A stretch of 64,000 nucleotides of DNA from Macrostomum hystrix (taxonomy: Eukaryota; Animalia; Platyhelminthes), in assembly GCA_950097015.1 (NCBI GenBank), contig CATNEN010000011.1, positions 5,642,001-5,706,000 on the forward strand, written 5' to 3'. Below are positions 60,401-64,000 of this stretch, in pieces. Below the pieces are notes generated by a model. It did no database searches. It saw nothing but the letters and a program-made list of their open reading frames with translations, and had not been told where the DNA came from. The position numbers were made by a program, and so were the translations under genes. The first letter of the stretch is position 1; each line of letters begins with the position of its first letter.

Positions 60401-62882
60401 TTGGCTGTTGGGTCCTGAAATAAAATCATATAATGTTAATTAAAATATAATAATAATAATAATAATTGATTACACCTGCCCCAATTGGGTCAGATGTGCA
60501 GCCGACAGCACAGCCGCAGCTAATGCGCGGCGCATCTGAAGGCTGCGTACGGCTGTTCAGTCCACGGACTGGGGGGACGCCACACCCACCTTCAATTATC
60601 CCAGCTGATGCTGGTACCCATTTAACAGCTGGGTGAACTGAAGCAATGCAGAGTTAAGTGTCTTGCTAAAGGACGCAAATTGTTCCAGTGGAGTCGGGAA
60701 TCGAACCCCCGACCTTCAAGTCGTGAGTCCGACGCCCTAACCACTAGGCTACAACCTAGTTAATTAAACTTGCTATAGTTCAACTGTCGATACTTAGTTA
60801 AACAAATTATTTCATTCAGATTAGGAAATACTGAAATTAGTTTATTAACCTTTTTATCAGATTTTAATCAGAGTATTTACATTATTGCTGCGATATTTTG
60901 TAATCATTACATTGCTTTAGATTAGTTTTGTTATATTAGTCTACGTAAATTGATTTTTAATTACCGAAATTCAGAAGAAATTAAAAATACATATTTTTGT
61001 CTCAAATATATTCATACGTTTTCAAACTACAATTTCTTGACTAAGTTTTGTTTATCTAGCAGCAAATGTGTTAAAAACACAGTTTAGATGAAAAATAGTA
61101 AAAAATGTTAAAAGTACTTTTGGTTTTTTACTTTCATCGTTTTAAAAAGAGAAACAATCACACCTCATTAACAGACGGCCTGTTGACAATGTTCTTGGCT
61201 TGCTGAGCATAGCGCAGTGTGTTGATTGTCTCATTGTAATAGATATCAGCTGGTGTCACGGCTGTAAGGCGTTATTAATCAGATCGGTTTAACAAAAGGA
61301 GTTATTTTAAAAAGCCTATTATTATTCTTCATTTAAGACCAACGACCGCACCCAATTTTTTTGCTAATTCTTTTCTTCACATTTCATTGCAATTAAAAGA
61401 TAAATGAGCTAATTACAAAGGCTAATTCTCTGTCCCTCCTTTAGAGCAGAAGAAGAATAAAATTTTCACATATTTTTTCTGGTTTTCTCTTTGAAAGAAT
61501 TCGCTTTTCAAGAAACTAACACACACACACACGCACGCACACACGCACACACGCACGCACACTACTCAGAAAGCTGGGTCGTGACCCGACAAACATGCCT
61601 GAGCAGCTGACAAACAGTGCCGTAGGTGATAGATTCACTGTAGAAACTTTCCTCTCACACCATTGAATTTAACAGCAGGACCATTTCGCCGCCCGTTTTT
61701 ATACCAAAGGCGGAATTCCCTCCCCCCTGAAATTATTTTGGCAGCGCCAGAATGCTAACAGCGTTGGGTGGTGGCTGATTGGTTGGCAGACTAGGCGAGG
61801 GTGTCCTGTGGTTGAGCTGCGCCTAATATTTTGGCTTGATCAGTGAAATTGGTGAAATTCGCGTCAGGGTGTCCATAGCGACCTAGTTCTGCCTGTTGTA
61901 GCCCTTGAAGGTCCAGCAGTCCGTCTAGATCAGGGGTAGGCAAACTTATTTGCTGGTGGGCCAAAGAGAGAGCTTAAAAGACGACAGCGGGCCGCATTGA
62001 CTGTATAAATATGAGATAGAGGAGAGATGAGACACAGGAAAGATGGGACACGAGAGAGATGAGACACGGGAGAGATAAGATAGGGAAGAGATTAGACACG
62101 GGAGAGATTAGACACGGGAGAGATTAGACACGGGAGAGATTAGACACGGGAGAGATTAGATACGAGAGCGATGAGACACGGGAGAGATTAGACACGAGAG
62201 AGATTAGACACGAGAGAGATGAAACAGGACACTGTAGATGTCAGAAGGGGCAACGGGCCGGATTTGGGAGCTTCGAGGGCCGCATCTGGCCCGCGGGCCG
62301 GAGTTTGCCGACCCCTGGTCTAGATAATGGTAGGTGACCACCGAAGACGGAGATGATGCAGGCACACTCGGGTGACATGCTGATCAATTTTGAAAGCCTG
62401 GCAAGGCCGCACTGAGGCGCAGTGCTAATTCGTGTATAGGTGTGTGTGAAATACACTAGCGCCAGAACCATTGAATATCTCGACGGTGCAAAGAGCAGGC
62501 GACATGATTCTTGCTTCAGAAGATGCGCAACAAAAAGTTAGCCCATGTCCTTGAGTTTCGTGTGCTTGCGTTGTTAGGTTCGGGTGCAGACCCGCTTTAA
62601 TAGTTCCACCTAAGCTCGTACGTCTATAAGTTAAGCTCTATAAGGTGTCATAACTCCGACTAATGGGCTAGCTAAAAACAATGATAAATGTCAATAAATC
62701 AACAGTTCACTCACTGGCGATCATTGTGGTGTTAGAATTTCCACCCAGCGAGTCTTTGATCAGCCAGGTGAGCACTGAGTCCCTGTAGGGGATGTGGATG
62801 TGTCGCCTCCGGGATCGCCTCTGATCTTCAGTCTGATCCGAGCTCACCCGCTGCTCATTCCAGGTCATGAGGGACTGGTTGG
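1..62882 (-). CDS. Giant kinesin-3 gene (KIF16B/STARD9-like): motor C-terminus, neck coil, FHA, coiled coil and giant tandem-repeat tail. Partial at both ends; >=14 exons in window.
   Basis: Hand-spliced exons join in consistent phase and give ...[77 protein letters not shown]...[11 protein letters not shown]...[13 protein letters not shown]...EHC...[17 protein letters not shown]. This is the kinesin-3 order motor end, neck coil, FHA. Subfamily assignment is from remembered KIF16B/STARD9 motifs, not a database search. Confidence 0.85.
37664..38620 (-). repeat. Diverged founder-like copy of the 313-aa unit
   Basis: [19 protein letters not shown]... aligns with [19 protein letters not shown].... 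[14 protein letters not shown] is identical, and [18 protein letters not shown] aligns with [18 protein letters not shown]. Confidence 0.85.
42559..42830 (+). mobile_element. tRNA-derived SINE, family 1 (CORE-like central domain)
   Basis: tRNA-like head with B box GGTTCGATTCC, central GTCCTTTAGCAAGACACTTAACTC...GTTAAATGG, and an AAT-rich tail. Homologous to the copy at 60445-60758. Confidence 0.8.
43350..43900 (-). mobile_element. SINE-like family 2 copy interrupted by about 370 bp of extra sequence
   Basis: The reverse complement carries CAGTGAGAGTGTACACTGCCTGACGATGAGAAAGT..GGCAGATGTACACACC.GTGTGAGCGTGT and GTGTGTGCTCAGGAGTCAG. These blocks are about 20 nt apart in the 52873-53140 copy. Confidence 0.55.
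44421..45640. repeat. Intronic 37-bp minisatellite (CCTCAGTGAAGGATCAGGGATAATGGAGGATAAGTAT), about 33 copies
   Basis: Period read directly, e.g. CCTCA at 44456 and 44493. Confidence 0.95.
45641..46406. repeat. Intronic 42-bp minisatellite (CCTCAGTGAAGGATCAGGGGTAATGGAGGATAAGCTATGACA), about 18 copies
   Basis: Directly abuts the 37-mer and is a length variant of it. It gives rise to the spurious ([14 protein letters not shown])n ORF. Confidence 0.95.
46445..46540 (-). CDS. 96-nt exon (V)[31 protein letters not shown]
   Basis: ttctatctag|TT AAA ... ACA G|GTGACA, phase 1-1. An alternative in-frame donor ATAG|GTGAAT lies 9 nt further on. GC-rich island in an AT-rich intron. Confidence 0.65.
47175..47430. 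repeat. Long inverted repeat (55-bp perfect arms) plus an adjacent imperfect hairpin; palindromic/MITE-like element
   Basis: 47175-47229 is the exact reverse complement of 47292-47346. A second hairpin at 47339-47429 is bounded by CCGGTTGG/CCAACCGG and contains AGTTAATGGCG/CGCCATTAACT. Confidence 0.85.
47480..48215. repeat. Intronic 28-29-bp AT-rich minisatellite (AATGAACCATTAAAATACCCTAGATCGAT), about 25 copies
   Basis: Period read directly (ATGAACC at 47481 and 47510). Confidence 0.95.
48753..48835 (-). CDS. Exon [27 protein letters not shown]
   Basis: ctctgtcag|G CCC ... GCT G|GTGAGT, 83 nt, phase 2 to 1. This exon is needed to reconcile phases. Confidence 0.75.
49521..51295 (-). CDS. Large exon: coiled coil followed by S/P/A/E-rich disordered region
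   Basis: Main part of ORF 49517-51355. A 70-nt intron at 51296-51365 ends in CCCACAG|GCT. Donor GCT GG|GTGAGC. Confidence 0.85.
51366..51906 (-). CDS. Coiled-coil exon ([17 protein letters not shown]...LLEAEQ)
   Basis: ORF 51324-51884 extended to the acceptor CTGACCAATCACAG|G. Donor CAG|GTGAGA. E/Q/R-rich heptads. Confidence 0.85.
52017..52070 (-). CDS. Microexon [17 protein letters not shown]
   Basis: ctttcag|A CAA ... GCC AG|GTGAGC, 54 nt, phase 2-2. Confidence 0.7.
52270..52405 (+). mobile_element. SINE-like family 2, 3'-truncated copy
   Basis: B-box-like GAGCTCGATTCC followed by GGGCCAACCTTCAAGGCACAGTGAGAGTGTACACTGCCTGA, shared with the 52873 and 43350 copies. Confidence 0.55.
52873..53140 (+). 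mobile_element. SINE-like family 2 copy
   Basis: A-box-like GAGTGGCAGAGCAG, B box GAGTTCGATTCC, then the conserved body shared with two other copies in the window. Confidence 0.6.
53850..53941 (-). CDS. Exon [30 protein letters not shown]
   Basis: cttttttag|CCG ... TCC AG|GTGAGG, 92 nt, phase 0 to 2. Fits neighbouring phases. Confidence 0.75.
53981..54450. repeat. Intronic 19-bp minisatellite (ACAGGTGAACTCAAACAGA), about 24 copies
   Basis: Period read directly (GTGAACTCAA at 54061 and 54080). Confidence 0.95.
54576..54775 (-). CDS. FHA domain, second exon
   Basis: cacag|GA CTA... gives [66 protein letters not shown], then |GTGAAA. The EHC and G-x-I-x-FG...F-x-FN-x-P motifs are typical of kinesin-3 FHA. 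Confidence 0.85.
54936..56450. repeat. Intronic 20-bp minisatellite (TCTGAAGATCCCACATCCCA), about 75 copies
   Basis: Columns align within the 60-nt lines. It fills most of the intron that splits the FHA domain. Confidence 0.97.
56472..56625 (-). CDS. FHA domain, first exon
   Basis: [51 protein letters not shown]. Donor CTG A|GTAAGT. Acceptor GAGCAG| is a possible NAGNAG. Confidence 0.85.
56848..57042. repeat. GC-rich 15-16-bp minisatellite (GGTTGTGGCGCCCCCT), about 12 copies
   Basis: Period read directly (GGTT at 56881 and 56897). Confidence 0.92.
57394..58082. repeat. Imperfect 40-41-bp minisatellite (CTCACTCCATGGCCTTGACCAACCCCAATCTGACAGCCAT) with recurrent short deletion variants
   Basis: Repeated CTCCATGGCCTTGA core. 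A short variant CTCTCCTGGCCAACCCAAATCCGAC recurs three times. Confidence 0.9.
58427..58471 (-). CDS. Microexon [15 protein letters not shown] (kinesin-3 LTxxWxxKW motif)
   Basis: tttcctcag|GCC ... CGG|GTGAGT, 45 nt, phase 0-0. The W-x3-W motif precedes the FHA domain in kinesin-3. Confidence 0.85.
58975..59715. repeat. (CT)n microsatellite grading into a 32-bp CT-rich minisatellite
   Basis: Pure CT run at about 58975-58997, then CTCTACTCTAACTGTGTGTCTACTCTCCCTCT units (ACTCTAAC at 59581 and 59613). Confidence 0.92.
59782..59835 (-). CDS. Coiled-coil microexon [18 protein letters not shown]
   Basis: tttcag|CGC ... GAG|GTGAGT, 54 nt, phase 0-0. The other two frames contain TGA. Confidence 0.75.
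60334..60414 (-). CDS. Neck-coil exon [27 protein letters not shown]
   Basis: Acceptor tttcag|GAC. Matches the kinesin-3 neck coil (EDPNxKLIRELRxEIxRL type). The 3' end requires a phase-0 donor, and the only candidate is AGT|GCAAGT. Confidence 0.85.
60445..60758 (-). mobile_element. tRNA-derived SINE, family 1, full length with target-site duplication
   Basis: Head GGTTGTAGCCTAGTGGTTAGGGCGTCGGACTCACGACTTGAAGGTCGGGGGTTCGATTCCCGACTCC with A and B boxes, CORE-like body and (ATT)n tail. Flanked by the direct repeat GTTAATTAAA at 60435-60444 and 60759-60768. Confidence 0.88.
61164..61261 (-). CDS. Kinesin motor exon: switch II-proximal helix 6 and neck linker
   Basis: ttacag|CC GTG ACA CCA... 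gives (T)[32 protein letters not shown], then |GTGTGA. 98 nt, phase 1 to 0. Confidence 0.92.
61931..62317. mobile_element. Non-autonomous hAT (Charlie-type) DNA transposon / MITE, 387 bp
   Basis: TIRs CAGGGGTAGGCAAACT and AGTTTGCCGACCCCTG (15/16 match). Perfect 8-bp TSD GTCTAGAT at 61923-61930 and 62318-62325, fitting the NTCTAGAN target preference of Charlie-type hATs. Confidence 0.93.
62030..62225. repeat. 16-bp purine-rich minisatellite (GGGAGAGATTAGACAC) inside the hAT MITE
   Basis: Period read directly (62101, 62117). Confidence 0.88.
62715..62882 (-). CDS. Kinesin motor exon: loop 12, HIPYRDS, LxxSLGGNS
   Basis: Translates [55 protein letters not shown]. Donor GCC A|GTGAGT at 62715/62714 is firm. 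The 5' boundary (CCATTCAG| at 62883) is tentative because the frame stays open to about 62988. Confidence 0.85.
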
Positions 62883-62928
62883 CTGAATGGTGCGGATGGC
62901 GCGAGCAATGGTTTAGACTGCGATTCTT

Positions 62929-64000
62929 AGTAAGATTTCTGCTGCGATTCTTGCTTCGATTCTTGCTATGACTCTGCTTCGATTCTTGCTACGATTCCTG
63001 CTTTGATTCTTGCTACTATTCCTGATGCTGTTCTTCCTACGATTCCTGATGCGGTTCTTCCTACGATTCCTGATGCGGTTCTTCCTACGATTCCTGATGC
63101 GGTTCTTCCTACGATTCCTGATGCGGTTCTTCCTACGATTCCTGCTTCGATTCTTCCTACGATTCCTGCTTTGATTCTTCCTACGATTCCTGATGCGGTT
63201 CTTCCTACGATTCCTGATGCGGTTCTTCCTACGATTCCTGATGCGGTTCTTCCTACGATTCCTGATGCGGTTCTTCCTACGATTCCTGATGCGGTTCTTC
63301 CTACGATTCCTGATGCGGTTCTTCCTACGATTTCTGATGCGGTTCTTCTTGCGATTTCTGCTTCGATTCTTGCTACGATTCCTGATGCGGTTCTTCCTAC
63401 GATTCCTGCTTCGATTCTTCCTACGATTCCTGCTTCGATTCTTGCTACTATTCCTGATGTGGTTCTTCCTACGATTCCTGATGCGGTTCTTCCTACGATT
63501 CCTGATGCGGTTCTTCCTACGATTCCTGATGCGGTTCTTCCTACGATTCCTGATGCGGTTCTTCCTACGATTCCTGATGCGGTTCTTCCTACGATTCCTG
63601 ATGCGGTTCTTCCTACGATTCCTGATGCGGTTCTTCCTACGATTCCTGATGCGGTTCTTCCTACGATTCCTGATGCGGTTCTTCCTACGATTCCTGATGC
63701 GGTTCTTCCTACGATTTCTGATGCGGTTCTTCTTGCGATTTCTGCTTCGATTCTTGCTACGATTCCTGATGCGGTTCTTCCTACGATTTCTGATGCGGTT
63801 CTTCCTACGATTTCTGATGCGGTTCTTCCTACGATTTCTGATGCGGTTCTTCCTACGATTTCTGATGCGGTTCTTCCTACGATTTCTGATGCGGTTCTTC
63901 TTGCGATTTCTGCTTCGATTCTTGCTACGATTCCTGATGCGGTTCTTCCTACGATTCCTGCTTCGATTCTTCCTACGATTCCTGCTTCGATTCTTGCTAC
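62929..64000. repeat. 12/24-bp tandem repeat (ATTCCTGATGCGGTTCTTCCTACG), continuing off the right edge; intronic or coding
   Basis: The 24-mer consists of two related 12-mers. One minus-strand frame is stop-free from about 62978 to 64000 and reads (RRKNRIRN)n. Confidence 0.95.

Noticed and set aside
60690-60758. tRNA gene (CAC anticodon-like loop); also 42559-42630
   Set aside because: The anticodon and acceptor stems pair poorly. The sequence continues into a shared SINE body and tail with a TSD, so it is a SINE head.
61164-62760. Motor inactivation suggested by GGNSNT and ETINTLRYA deviations
   Set aside because: These are modest substitutions at positions that vary among kinesins. The P-loop and switch motifs needed to judge activity lie outside the window.

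Overview
Eukaryotic genomic DNA: GC-richer exons, AT-rich minisatellite-laden GT-AG introns and tRNA-derived SINEs. A free-living flatworm such as Macrostomum is only a guess from this style. The whole window lies inside one minus-strand gene whose start and end are both outside it. From right to left, 13 hand-spliced exons (62882 down to 46445, 3441 nt, phases consistent throughout) encode the C-terminal part of a kinesin motor ([21 protein letters not shown]...ETINTLRYA), the neck coil, an FHA domain, coiled coil and a low-complexity region. This is a kinesin-3 of the KIF16B/STARD9 type. A single exon then starts at 42449 and runs off the left edge (>=42.4 kb). It holds about 1270 aa of unique sequence, one diverged founder repeat, and about 40 near-identical 939-bp (313-aa) helical repeats. 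Six +1 insertions at 11.9-18.1 kb break the frame; five sit on dimorphic sites and look like consensus artefacts. If so, the in-window protein is >=15,000 aa. The array shows satellite-like higher-order structure. A 12/24-bp repeat at the right edge could encode a >=340-aa Arg/Lys/Asn insertion at the motor K-loop, one base out of frame. The introns contain about eight different minisatellites, a hAT MITE, two SINE families and a nested palindrome.
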